Position numbers and translations under genes: made by a program
DNA from: Octopus vulgaris
Lineage: Eukaryota
Length of the DNA: 64,000 nt
Assembly (NCBI GenBank): GCA_951406725.2
Contig: OX597823.1
Location: 107,942,001-108,006,000 of the forward strand
Direction of reading: 5' to 3'
Shown: positions 39,015 through 52,194 of the stretch, one piece after another
How the letters are laid out: every line of letters starts with the position of its first letter
Position numbering within the stretch: position 1 is the stretch's first letter
Notes under the pieces: model-generated
The model's input: the letters and a program-made list of their open reading frames with translations, nothing else
Database searches by the model: none
Told to the model about the DNA's origin: nothing

Positions 39015-39459
39015 TACACACACGTACCTACATATACACATGCGCGTATAAAGGAATACAGAAAACGTCGTCGGAATTAACGCATGAGATCGGCAGACAT
39101 CGATTACGCGAAGCATATGTTTAGCGTACAAAAGCCATCGGTACCATTCGTCGACATTACTCAACAAAAGTACTTATATACAGCGCCTGGACTCCGTATA
39201 CTAATCTATGTGGAGTTATGAAGACCCTAACCACATCGGAGATAGAAGTTGAGTGCAAAACTGATCTTCAGCTCCTATAACTAATGGCTGGTGGCCTATA
39301 ACCTCAAATTCGAGAAAGAAAAGTCCTCATGGCTAGTTGTTGAACACACTGACAAAGAAAAAGGGTTAAAACTTTATAATCTCCCTCAAACCGCTATCTG
39401 TAATCGACCCGGTTGACTTGTGGGTCCAAGGACTTCAGCAGGAATCTCCTGAAGTTTCT

Positions 39460-39700
39460 AGTCTCCTATTTCCTCCGTTTGTAAATTCATAAGTTATTAC
39501 GTGTGTAGCACGGTTGAGGTCACCTAGCGCTCTGCATGCAACATCAGGTCCGAGCTGATAGCCATGATCAAGGTGTTCGTTCTTCCCAAAGACACAGTGA
39601 AAAATGCAAGCACCAGGTTCAGGGGCCGTTTTGAGGTCGTGGTGAAAGGTGAGGATGTCTATTTTGAGTAACTCTTAACTCTTAACAGTGATAATCGAAT
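39460..39700 (+). mobile_element. Tc1/mariner-superfamily transposase C-terminal relic
   Basis: SYYVCSTVE..LPKDTVKNASTRFRGRFEVVVKGEDVYFE*. Confidence 0.6.
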
Positions 39701-39823
39701 TCATAATAATTTTTGGAATTTAAAAAAATACTTTTATTTTTGGATGGCATATTGTTGTTTTCTTTCTCTTTTATACGAAAAGTCAAATTTAACCCGAACA
39801 CTCTGTGTGTGTGTGCACATACA

Positions 39824-39862
<39 letters not shown>

Positions 39863-39923
39863 GTTAGCTCCTACACGCATTTTTTTCTCTCCTTGTTTCT
39901 CTCCTTGTTTTTTTTCTGTGTCC

Positions 39924-39959
39924 CTTTCTGTCGAAGAGCGTAGGCTCGAAACGTAAAAG
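39924..39959 (+). ncRNA. Minimal hammerhead-like motif within the element at 39865-40050
   Basis: CTTT-CTGTCGA-A-GAGC(GTAG)GCTC-GAAA-CGTA-AAAG; differs from the 38447 copy only at position N7. Confidence 0.6.
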
Positions 39960-40047
39960 ACTTTTTCTATTCCTGAGCGCTATACTAATACATTTGTTTG
40001 TTTGTACTCCACCTGCCTTCGTCTTTTGTTTATTTTCGTAAACTTTC

Positions 40048-40107
<60 letters not shown>

Positions 40108-40911
40108 ACCTTTGTCGCTTTACGTTTATCAAATCCTCTCGCAATACTTTGATCGGTCAGTGGTCACCGTACAAGACTCTTGGCCAAGGTACTACGCTGT
40201 GGTACAGAACCCGGTACCATATGGTTGGGAAACAAACTTCTTACCACACCCCCAAGTGAGCACATCCATATTATACATACATAGATATACGGATATGTAC
40301 GTATATACGTTTGCATATATAATGGATGGGTGGGGGTATAGTGTTCGTCTCTCTCTCCCTTATTTTTTTCTTTTCTTTATCTGGTAATTTATCTAATTGT
40401 CTCCTTGTTCCACTTCTCCCTCCTTCACCGTATCACCCCCTCTCTCTAATTTCTCCTTTCCTTTCTTATTCTACCCAACATACCAATCTAACCCGATTAA
40501 ACTCAACGAGACTCACCCCCAACTCCAGCTACACATTCCTTCCTCGTGTCTATTTTTCTATCCATCCTGCCTTATATCCCCCTATATACACCCCACATCC
40601 TCATATTCTTAAATTTTTTTTTACCACCTCTCTCCCCACCCATTACCAATGATACCTAGTTTTCTGCAGTAATAGTATACTCTGTTCTAAATTGTGGCTC
40701 TCTTACTGAAGACTTCACTCAAGGCTCATGAACTTATCATCGTATCATCATTACCATCATCTTCATTGTTGATGTCGTTGTCGTACTTGTAGTCGTGGGT
40801 GTGGTCGTGGTAGCAGTTGCAGTCGCCTTTACGATGATCTTCACCTAATTTCCATCTCTTTCACCGACACCATAATATTGTCAGCGGCATTACTCTTATT
40901 GCCTATACCAA

Positions 40912-41340
40912 AATTGATTTCAAATTTTGGCACAAGGCCAGCAAGTCCGCAGGAGGGTGGAAGTCGATTACATGGCCCCCAGTGCTCAACTGGTATTTAG
41001 TTTATAGATCCCGAAGGGATGGAAGGCAAATTCGACTTCGGCGGAATTTGAACTCAGAACGTTAAGACAGACAAAAAATGCTGCTAAGCATTTCGACCAG
41101 CGTGCTAACGTTTCTTATTTCTTTTCTACCCACAAAGTGCTAAACACAGAGAGGACAAAGAAGGACAGACAAACGGATTAAGTCGATTACACTAGTGCGT
41201 AACTGGTACTTAATTTATCGACCCCAAAAGGATGAAAGGCAAAGTCGACCTCGGCGGAATTTGAACTCAGAACGTAGCGGCAGGCGAAATACCGCTAAGC
41301 ATTTCGCCCGGCGTGCTAACGTTTCTGCTAGCTCGCCACC
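40912..41340 (-). mobile_element. Two joined SINE family B copies with different tails
   Basis: Junction GCTAACGTTTC|TTATTTC at 41114/41115. Confidence 0.88.
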
Positions 41341-41534
41341 CTTCTTTATTTTCTTTTTTTAATTATAAAGGATAAATAGATTTGATATTTCTTAATAATC
41401 GTTCAAATTTATCATTACGAAAGACCCATCACCACATAAACTCCATTAAAACAAGAGCTCAATTGTATGAGATGGTTACCAAGGTTTCGTTTATTTCTTT
41501 TTCCCCCTAATTCCGCTGCAATTTAACATGTTAT

Positions 41535-41912
41535 CATCATCACCATTATCATTGTTCGACTGTGGTCGAGACAATGGAATTTACTATGTTACGCCAGACT
41601 TCACGGTCCATCATAGCATTACGGAGGTCCTGCTGCTGGATGCCTGTATCCCTGGAGATTACATCAGGGTAGGAGAGTATGCGCCCTCTGGTATCGCGAG
41701 CAGATGGCTTCCAGAGGTGGGGAAGCTCTACTCCTTGACGGATGGCGCCGTCCACCTTAATACACCGGCACCCCGGGATCCCCTTCGCCTTATGAAAAAA
41801 AGTTGCTGGGCGTTGGACTAGATTCTGGGGAGGTGGCTGCGGTCACCAGACGTAGGGGTCCTGATGCGCGGCCAATTTGTGCCCGGTCCTCCGTAATGCT
41901 ATGATGGACCGT
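41535..41912 (-). mobile_element. Internally deleted RTE-type element with inverted terminal segment
   Basis: C-terminus LWKPSARDTRGRILSYPDVISRDTG..MMDREVWR then (TGA)n; GC-rich 5' part; 41888-41912 is an inverted copy of 41603-41627. Confidence 0.75.
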
Positions 41913-42068
41913 ATTATACGAGATACTTCATAGTATAAAGTCAGTATTCTACTACCCACTATTTACCAATATTATTGGTTCTTCATAATAGCATTGTGTA
42001 TCGCCTTTTTTCTATGATCTAGCAACAGTTTGAATACTTTATCTACATCTATTGACATAGCTGTTTAC

Positions 42069-42128
42069 CTCTTCAATCGGGTTGTCTTGCAACCTGGCCC
42101 ACTGAGAAGCCTTCCTGTTGTCATGTTG
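42069..42128 (-). CDS. Candidate internal exon (QHDNRKASQWARLQDNPIEE)
   Basis: Acceptor TTCCTTTGTAG, donor GAG|GTAAAC, 60 nt, open in phase 0; second in-frame acceptor at 42182. Confidence 0.4.
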
Positions 42129-42806
42129 CTACAAAGGAATGCCACCATAATCGAAACTGGGACATGGTGTGACTGTGTGATTCTAAAAATAGATTATAAT
42201 ATTAATCTAGAGAGGTACTCGCTTCTCTCCATCCGTTGTCTATCCACCTGTCTAGCTATCTCCTCTTTCTAATTTTCAGTCCATCTTTGCCATTCATTAT
42301 ATTATTATTCAATCAAACTTCCTATCATTCTCTCCTTCTATCACATGTCCCTTTTGTCTATCTTTATATTTGTTATACCAATCCATCTGCTTCACTCCTC
42401 AACCTTTAAACTGTTCTATCTAACTTTCTCTCAATCTGTCGATCGTGATATCGAATTTTCCTATTTCGAAACTATTTCGTCAATCTTTCTATCACTCTTT
42501 ATACTTTTCCATAACATTTTCATTATATTTTGAAACCATCCGGTCAGTCTTACAATTTATCTTTCAACCAACGTGAAGGCGAATCGCCTAGTGCTAAGGA
42601 TGTTTGGTCCTTAATAAGAAATAGAGTTCAGTTCCTGGAACTGATGCGTTGTACTCTTGAGGTACTTCATTTCACGTTGCTCTAATTTATTCAACTTCAA
42701 GCGCCGGCCGGGTGCTCTGTCACCCTCAAGCTGTCAGAAACTTGATGTCCGTTCGGATTGAGGGTAGGATATCGATATCTGCTCAGACTAAATAAGCACC
42801 AAAATG

Positions 42807-42878
<72 letters not shown>

Positions 42879-42907
42879 ATTTCACATTACACACACACGT
42901 GCGCTCG

Positions 42908-42945
<38 letters not shown>

Positions 42946-42949
42946 GATT

Positions 42950-43226
42950 TCTTTACCATTATTGTTTTTTGTATTTATATTCGTGTGGCATCGTCCGTTT
43001 TTCTGTCCTTGTTTCGTATACATTCGATCCTTTTTCCAAGAAATCTAATGCTCGTAGCTTAGTTTTTCCTTGGGGCTGGCCGGATCGGAGCGATCTCAAG
43101 ATTAATCAGCCGAAATTGCGAGGATGATCCGGTTCTTGACTGAAGATTGAAGGCTTCGAATGTCCCGTCCGTGTTTTTTGTATCGTCTTCTAAATGTTTT
43201 ACGTTCTGTCCCAGTTTGTATTTTTC

Positions 43227-43230
<4 letters not shown>
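42950..43230 (+). mobile_element. TA-embedded repeat (Penelope pLTR-like), homologous to 54726-55037
   Basis: Shared AATCTAATGCTC..TAGCTTAGTTTTTCCTTGGGGCTGGC..AATCAGCCGAAATTG. Confidence 0.7.
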
Positions 43231-43288
<58 letters not shown>

Positions 43289-43985
43289 CTATGCATACGT
43301 CGTGTATCTATACAAATTCCTTGGTGGAAATATGGCACGTGTTACCACCATAAATCCAAAGTGACGATTGGCTGAACATTTCAAGTTAGTCTTTCTATCC
43401 TTCTATCAATTATTTCCTTTGTTTCCCTTACCTGTCTATATTTACATTGCACTCTTTCTACTTATCCTCCCGCCTCTCTCTCCCCCCCTCTCTCTCATCC
43501 TTTATCACTTAATTCTCTGTGTTTCATTCAGAACGATTTTTCTCTTTCCTGTTTTTCATGTGCGACTATTTTTCTTTGTCTGCTTATCTGTTTGTTTATT
43601 TATTCATCTTACTGCCCCCCCCCGCCCTATTTGTCCCCCTCCTCTCTCTTTCTCCACACACACACACATATTTATACACACACACGTACGCACATCTATA
43701 AATCTCTGTGTCTCTCTGTCTCTTTGAATGTGTGTATACATTGATATATGTGAGTCCGTGAGTGTTTGTCTATTCGCCCCGCTTCACGTTAACTCAAGAA
43801 AGTTTCAAATGTAATACGATAGAGTTTTTTGTCTCTAAATTTCAAATGGATTTTATTGGATGAAAATAAAACAATACACATCTACCTATTTCTCTTCCTC
43901 TCTTCTTCTTCTCTCTCTCTCTCTTTCTCTGTTTTCCTCGCATATATATAAACAAACAAACGTACATACATACACACATACACAC

Positions 43986-44031
<46 letters not shown>

Positions 44032-44061
44032 AAACATGCGTTCAAACAGATATACATACTA

Positions 44062-44270
44062 TTTTACTCATTTACTTGTTTCAGTCATTTGACTGCGGCC
44101 ATGCTGGAGCACCGCCTTTTGTCCAGCAAATCGACCTCAGGACTTATTATTTGTAAGCCTAGTACTTATTCTATCGGTCTTTTGCCGAACCACTAAGTTA
44201 CGGGGACGTAAACACACCAGCATCGGTTGGTCAAGCAATGCTAGGGGGACAAACACAGACACACAAACAT

Positions 44271-44301
<31 letters not shown>

Positions 44302-44473
44302 CATATATACGGCAGGCATCTTTCAGTTTCCGTCTATACCAAATCCACTCACAAAGCTTTGGTCGGCTCGAGGCTATAGTAGAAGACACTTGCCCAAGGT
44401 GCCATGCAGTGAGACTGAACCTGGAACCACGTAGTTGGTAAGCAAGCTACTTACCACACAGCCACTCCTGCGC
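44062..44473 (-). mobile_element. SINE family A, with an additional solo tail at 44543-44600
   Basis: Full head, body and tail match. Confidence 0.92.
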
Positions 44474-44476
44474 ATG

Positions 44477-44545
<69 letters not shown>

Positions 44546-45032
44546 TTTAATTCTTTTATTTCTTTCAGTCATTTGACTGCCATGCTGGAGCAACGCCTTT
44601 TATATATATATATATATGTATACATATATACGCACGCACACACATATACATATTCACATTCTTCATAGTCTGTCTATGATCGACAAGAACTGTTATCATG
44701 GCAGTGTAAACATGACACACTCCTCACATATCCAGTTTAACCATTCCAAAGCCTAGATGTGGAGTATCTAGAGAAATACTCCTTACAGCGCACTAGTCAA
44801 ATTATGCTGCTCTCTTATCCTCAGTATCCGCTCTCCAACTTTTGATTTTTACATGTTTCGTTTATATATTAGATCGAACAAGCGTGTCAACGTATCAAAG
44901 ATTGTTTCCATTCCTAGAATTTCTTGATTATATATTCATGTGTGTGTGTATGTGTGTGTATAAAATGTGTATATAATGTATGTAATACACATATACATGC
45001 ATGTATATTTTATGTATATATGTATATATACT

Positions 45033-45083
<51 letters not shown>

Positions 45084-45748
45084 AAAAAAGAAGTTTGAAA
45101 ACGCCACTATATTAGATAAATTTTAATTTTCGTATGAATTTTACATGTTTCGGTTCTTGAAAAAACGTATATAACCTTATCAAAAATATTATAAAAAGTG
45201 TAATGGGGAAGTTCATAATCGTTTCTAACTGGTCTCAATAGAATCCATGTTCTTGAAAAAACGAACCTTACCAAAAATATTATACAAAGGGAAAATTGAA
45301 AAGTTCATAATCGTTTCTTACTGTTCCCAATAGAATCCATGTGGTGGTGTTTTGTCGGTAGTTGGTATAATCGCCATATTCCTGTTGAGTGTATTGAAGA
45401 AGCCCATTATTGTTTCTTGCTGGTATTAAAAGGAACCGCTTTTTTGTTACCTTGTGTTCTAATGGTAGCAACAGTAATGATTGTTGGTCGTAGTAGTTGG
45501 TCGTAATTTTGGCAACCTTGGTGGTGGTTGGGGTTAGTAGTAGAGGACTGTTGATCGTAGCAGCAAAAGTGGTGGGTTCACTGGCACTGTTCACTGACGT
45601 CACATAATTCCAAACCAATCAAAACCAAACTTCAACGAATACAAGGTAAAGACCCCCAACTGTATCCTGTAAGGAAACCAACCAAGTAGAACGACAAGCT
45701 TGACCACGGAAGAAAACGTCATCAATTTTTTAACGAATCAAAATCAGC

Positions 45749-45792
<44 letters not shown>

Positions 45793-45874
45793 GCAAATTA
45801 GAAATGACTAATTGTCCCTCTTAGCGTGTGGCATGTATGTATAATGCCCTCTGGCATGTATGTATAATGCCCTC

Positions 45875-47041
<1,167 letters not shown>

Positions 47042-47654
47042 CATATTAGGGTTGAGTTCTATGAGATCTAAACGAATAGGTATGATCTTTAGGTACTATA
47101 GTTGGTCAACCGTCAGGTTCAAGATCACAGCTATTGAGGATGAATCTAGTGATCCGTGTTAGGGTTCCGTTATAGCATGTGTATATTATACATTAGTGAA
47201 AAATCAAAGACAAGCCAAAACGAGTATCATAAGTCATTTAGAATAATTCAATTTGGAGTGCAATAGATCGATACTAGGGTCATAATTATGGGTGAAAATT
47301 TCATATGACACCGCTAGAAAAAACTGCCGTTAAAACCGAAAAGATCCCACTTCATCTTCTCATATAACTGTTTTATTGTATAATACAATAGAAATTTCTC
47401 TTCTTTGCAATCAGGGAAGATTACTTTTTGTGGTAAAGTTTACCACTATATAGAGTATATTGCTCCTGGATATTTTGTTAAAGTATGTAAATCAATGTTT
47501 TTCTCAAAACATCTTCATACGCACATCTATCTATCTTACCCATTAAAAGTTCAAGTGAGGTAATAATCGCTTTTCCTGTGGGACTTGGGTACGTTATCAC
47601 TTCAGTTATGTTTAATGGAGAAACATGTTTTGGTGGTTTTTATGCAGTGCACGG

Positions 47655-47700
<46 letters not shown>

Positions 47701-47766
47701 ATGTACTCCTCTCTGTAGGCTTCATTACATCTTTTAAATTTGTTAAAGCAAAGCTTTAACTCCCTA

Positions 47767-48700
47767 TTAGTTTTTCATAAAGTTTCGTACTACACTCATT
47801 GAAGTCATATAATTGTTCCAAGACAAATTTTCTCTCACCGCAATCGGAATTCTTTGATACCCACTGCTATGTTTGGATACAAGAGCAACAGCACAATAGC
47901 CGCAGTCTGCGATTTCACATTCCTGTGCTACTTGCGCTTCCGCAAAAGTTTCTGTACTCTGTGAATTTGAGGAAATGATAAAGTCCGAGACATTCATAGT
48001 GTTCTTTGCAAGGAGCAGTTACTTTGTGGCGGATGAAATGGAACAAGTGCTTTTATAATCCAGCGAATATGGAATTTCGGTAGCGAGAAGAGTCGTCTTC
48101 AGGTAGAAAATGGCAGCAGAGCAGACAAACGATACTGGAAACACTCTACTGCAAGAAAATACGATGACCATATTTGGAGCCATTAATAATTTTCATTCTA
48201 TACTTTAGACGGGATCAAGAAGAGTGAATGAAGAAACAAATATATTTGTGACGATCTCAGTGGAGTTATACATATCTGCATCTGAAGAAGAGATAAAGAC
48301 GTCCATTCCTAAAGTTGGCTGCTGTCTATGGCAAGATTTTAAGCTGGGAAGACACCCTAAGATAGCGGTGGTTAAAGTGGTTAGGAAGAAGGCAAAATAT
48401 TGTGCAACATCAGATGTTTTGATATTCATAGATAAATTAGACTTCGTAGAGTAAATCCCAACTGCCTTACTGAATCTAAAATCAGTTCTAACGATCAGTG
48501 TGTCTCTGGCTTCAAGGGAGGGACGCGTGTCAAAGCTGAGACACATTGAGATCAAATGGTGATCAATCACTGGACATTTAGAAATTTCTCATCTTGCGAT
48601 GTTATGATTTGAAAGGAAGTTAGTAAAGACTATCGATTTCGATAGTGGAATTTACAAGTTCGAATACACGAAGGCCAAGAAAGTATAGTGCTGAATTACT
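47767..48700 (-). mobile_element. Possible decayed MULE transposase with OTU-like C-terminal domain
   Basis: EIADCGYCAVAL resembles the OTU DGNCGYRAVA motif; SFDTRPSLE resembles the MULE HFG.TTSRVE motif; fragmentary. Confidence 0.35.
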
Positions 48701-48766
48701 TGAGAAGTTCACCAAGTATTAAAAAACTTGCTGATTTTTCTTTTATGGTATTATTTGATTTATATA

Positions 48767-48907
48767 TAAGGTTGTCCCAAAAGTTCGTAGAAAGTCTTGG
48801 AAAATAATGGTCTTTATTTTGAGGAATAATTTTTGTTGTTTTTGTTAGTACTTGGCGAGTAAAAATTCAATTTTCGCTTTTTTTTACGAAATTTTGGGAC
48901 AACCTAA
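48767..48907. mobile_element. Mariner-type MITE
   Basis: AGGTTGTCCCAAAAGTTCGTA / TACGAAATTTTGGGACAACCT with TA flanks. Confidence 0.8.
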
Positions 48908-49128
48908 TATATATTTTTATATATAGTTCCACGTCATTTCGACTGAAGTAGATTATGTAAACCTGAAAAATTAGTGTTTCATAAAACAATACCGTTTATT
49001 ATTAAAATTATCGCCATTCAAGAGGACACCATCACGTGTTCTTATTGTTTCTATATCTATCATGAAAAATGTACTTATATCTTTAATTTATACAAAATGT
49101 TGCTAATTGTGCAAACAAAAGTTAAAGA

Positions 49129-49600
49129 CTTGTGAAAAATCTCATGCCAATTTGAATATAATTTGTTTTAATGAGATATACCGCCGCCACCATTATATTC
49201 CCACCTAAACAACATTTCACCACAAATGTTGCTTCTTCTGTCACTCACCGAGTGACTCAGCTATTAAAACCTACACTAAAGCCACGCCGCCGCATTCCCT
49301 TAGGAATTCCCCCTCCACTCACCCCGCACTCTCTAACCATTGACTTTCAAAAGTTCAAACCAAACAGTATCAACTATATTCCTGGAATAACTATAGGCAC
49401 TGCACCGCCCCCATAGACTAAGTTATTGAAGAAATCCTTACGTAGACACAAAGCCTCAGACGTACACGCACATATGTAAATAAGCATGCACGTATATATG
49501 CATGTGAGTATGTATGTATGTATGTATGTATGTATGTATGTATGTATGTATGTATGTATGTATGTATGTATGTATGTATGTATGTATGTATGTATGTATG
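49129..49600 (+). repeat. Direct duplication, copy 1 (about 380 bp unique sequence plus (TATG)n)
   Basis: Near-identical to 51357-51970. Confidence 0.95.
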
Positions 49601-49714
49601 TATGGATGGATGGATGGATGGATGGATGGATGAATGTATGTATGCATGCATGCTTGTATGTAAGTATACAAATATATATAATACAGTATATATTTAAAAT
49701 GGAGAAATAAACAT

Positions 49715-51300
49715 CGGAGGTGCTTTGCCCCACGCAGATGCTGCAGGAGATACTCAGAGTAGTTGCAGTCTCTTCTTGTAAATGCCATCGAAATGTTGGA
49801 AACCTTTTTGTATCGTCGGTAGCTATCTCAGTGTCATAAGCGTTTCGCCCTTCAGCCAGTGTACTTCACATGAGTGAACTGAATGTGTCTTCACCCGAAG
49901 AGGGGTTCCATGTGCGGTCTCTTATCATGCACAATCCCCTTGAGTTGGTTTATGCTGTCGTGCCCATCTCCTTTGTGACTTTCTTCAGTAATTTCGGTTG
50001 CAGGCGAATCTTCTGCAGGAAATAGCGCATCGATCCAACAGGAATGCTGCGGCAGACGATTTCAACAGGGAAAGATTTCGATTGCCGTCTCTTGACAAGA
50101 GTCTTGTTGACCAGGTTATGATATTTGGCTTTCTTTCGCAGGTGAAAAATATCGAGTATGTCCTCCTAGGGTACTGTAAATTCGACCATGATAAGTGTGC
50201 TTGATAAGAGAACAGGACCATGTCTGTTCCACTATTTTCTCAGGAAAGGTGAGTCTGTCTTTTGGATCCTCTTGCATCTGAGTCTGAGGCTAGAAGCAAA
50301 ATAGAAAACGGGTCCCCAGCTTTTATTCACGACTTAGAAGTCTTGTCACCTTCTTTTAGGAATCTGTTACCCTTGGCTGATATTTATTAGCTTTAACCCA
50401 TTACAGGTCTGTCCATTTGGCAATTTCTGTAAGGCCTTGTTATGTCTGTAAATGTATCGGCCTTCTCCCAGTGCCCGAGGACATCACGTCAAAACGCAGT
50501 ACAGGACGCGCAAAGAGTTGCTCCACACTGCTTGCAGAATGGTTCTTCTTTGTTGCATATTCTAAGGATAATTTGGTGTTGCCAAGAGGTCAGGGACAAC
50601 ACACGGAAGGAAGAACAATCTTCCGTGGTCAATACTCCAGAGCTCCTTCAAGGACAATGATTGTTCGAGCATCTGGTTTCACTGTATCCATTGTCCCTGG
50701 TGCCTTCACCTAGCGATCCACGTCTACTGAATCCCTGATTCTTTGCATTATGAGTTCTTTCACTCACTCTCTCTCTCTCTCTCTCTCTCTCGCTATTGGC
50801 ATGGATGCTTTTCTCGCCCATTGGCACTATAGTTGTCAGGTGCTGGAAATCCCTGAAAGGCCACTCCAACAATTTCCTGTTATGCCTATTATTTTTCCAC
50901 TTTCTTCTCAACTTCCTGGAGCTTTCACTTTTTTACAGCATTTTATGGTCTTCTTGGTATGTCGAACTCTCTTATCCTCAGATAAAAAAACAATGGGCTT
51001 TATTGCTCTTGCCTTTGCGGCTTTGAATTTCTCCATCACCGACAAAATTAGTAGACGGAGTCAAGAGGTCTTACAGTATATATTGACTGAGCTGAAAGTT
51101 AGGGGAGCGTCCAGCCATCCTCTCAAGATCATAAAGCAAAATGACCGCTGGAGTTTGAGTTTTCCATACTGCAAGCTCCATACTTCGAACCATAAAATTA
51201 TGTGTCACTCGTCAACTATATTCAGCCAGCTGCCTAGACAGGTCTTAGTGTCTTAGTGTCTTCGGCATGGATAATGTTCTCAAGACGATAACAGTAATTT
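49715..51300 (-). mobile_element. Decayed HERO-like (RLE) non-LTR retrotransposon, 3' half
   Basis: PFCKQCGA..GEGRYIYRHNKAL; DMVL..MVEFTVP*EDI..RKKAKY..FPVEIVCR. Confidence 0.8.
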
Positions 51301-51356
51301 TTTCCCTCAAGGTTTAGCGTTCCTTTTGTGGCAGAGCTTAAAATAAAACTTAAAAC

Positions 51357-51783
51357 CTTGTGAAAAATCTCATGCCAAGTTTATTTAAAAAAATTTGAAT
51401 ATAATTTGTTTTAATGAGATATACCGCCGCCACCATTATATTCCCACCTAAACAACATTTCACCACAAATGTTGCTTCTTCTGTCACTCACCGAGTGACT
51501 CAGCTATTAAAACCTACACTAAAGCCACGCCGCCGCATTCTCTTAGGAATTCCCCCTCCACTCACCCCGCACTCTCTAACCATTGACTTTCAAAAGTTCA
51601 AACCAAACAGTATCAACTATATTCCTGGAATAACTATAGGCACTGCACCGCCCCCATAGACTAAGTTATTGCAGAAATCCTTACGTAGACACAAAGCCTC
51701 AGACGTACACGCACATATGTAAATAAGCATGCACGTATATATGCATGTGAGTATGTATGTATGTATGTATGTATGTATGTATG

Positions 51784-51814
<31 letters not shown>

Positions 51815-51905
51815 ATATGTATGTATGTATGTATGTATATATGTATGTATGTATGTATATGTATGTATGTATGTATGTATGTATATATGTATGTATGTAT
51901 GTATG

Positions 51906-51939
<34 letters not shown>

Positions 51940-51970
51940 TGTATGTATGTATGTATGTATGTATGTATGT
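51357..51970 (+). repeat. Direct duplication, copy 2
   Basis: Two substitutions and one ~13-nt indel seen versus copy 1 in the unique part. Confidence 0.95.
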
Positions 51971-52161
51971 ACGCACACAGACATATATATATATATATAC
52001 GCGAGCACACACATGCTCACACACACATACGGGCAACCATAAACACATATACGCACGCGCTAACATGTTCCCGCCCCTTTCTTCTCTCACACACACAGAC
52101 ATATATAGATAAATAGATAAATATATAGATAAATATCTGTAGTTTTGCGTACATACGTATA

Positions 52162-52194
<33 letters not shown>

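Noticed and set aside
45280-45618. 112-aa ORF as a standalone gene
   Set aside because: No ATG start, low-complexity Thr-rich sequence, no recognised domain
45829-45874. 23-bp tandem duplication with internal GGCAT/ATGCC symmetry; similar micro-duplications near 14906, 28561 and 56132
   Set aside because: Ordinary slippage duplications with no further support
49129-51970. LTR retrotransposon
   Set aside because: No TG..CA ends, PBS or PPT; the interior is a non-LTR HERO-like relic
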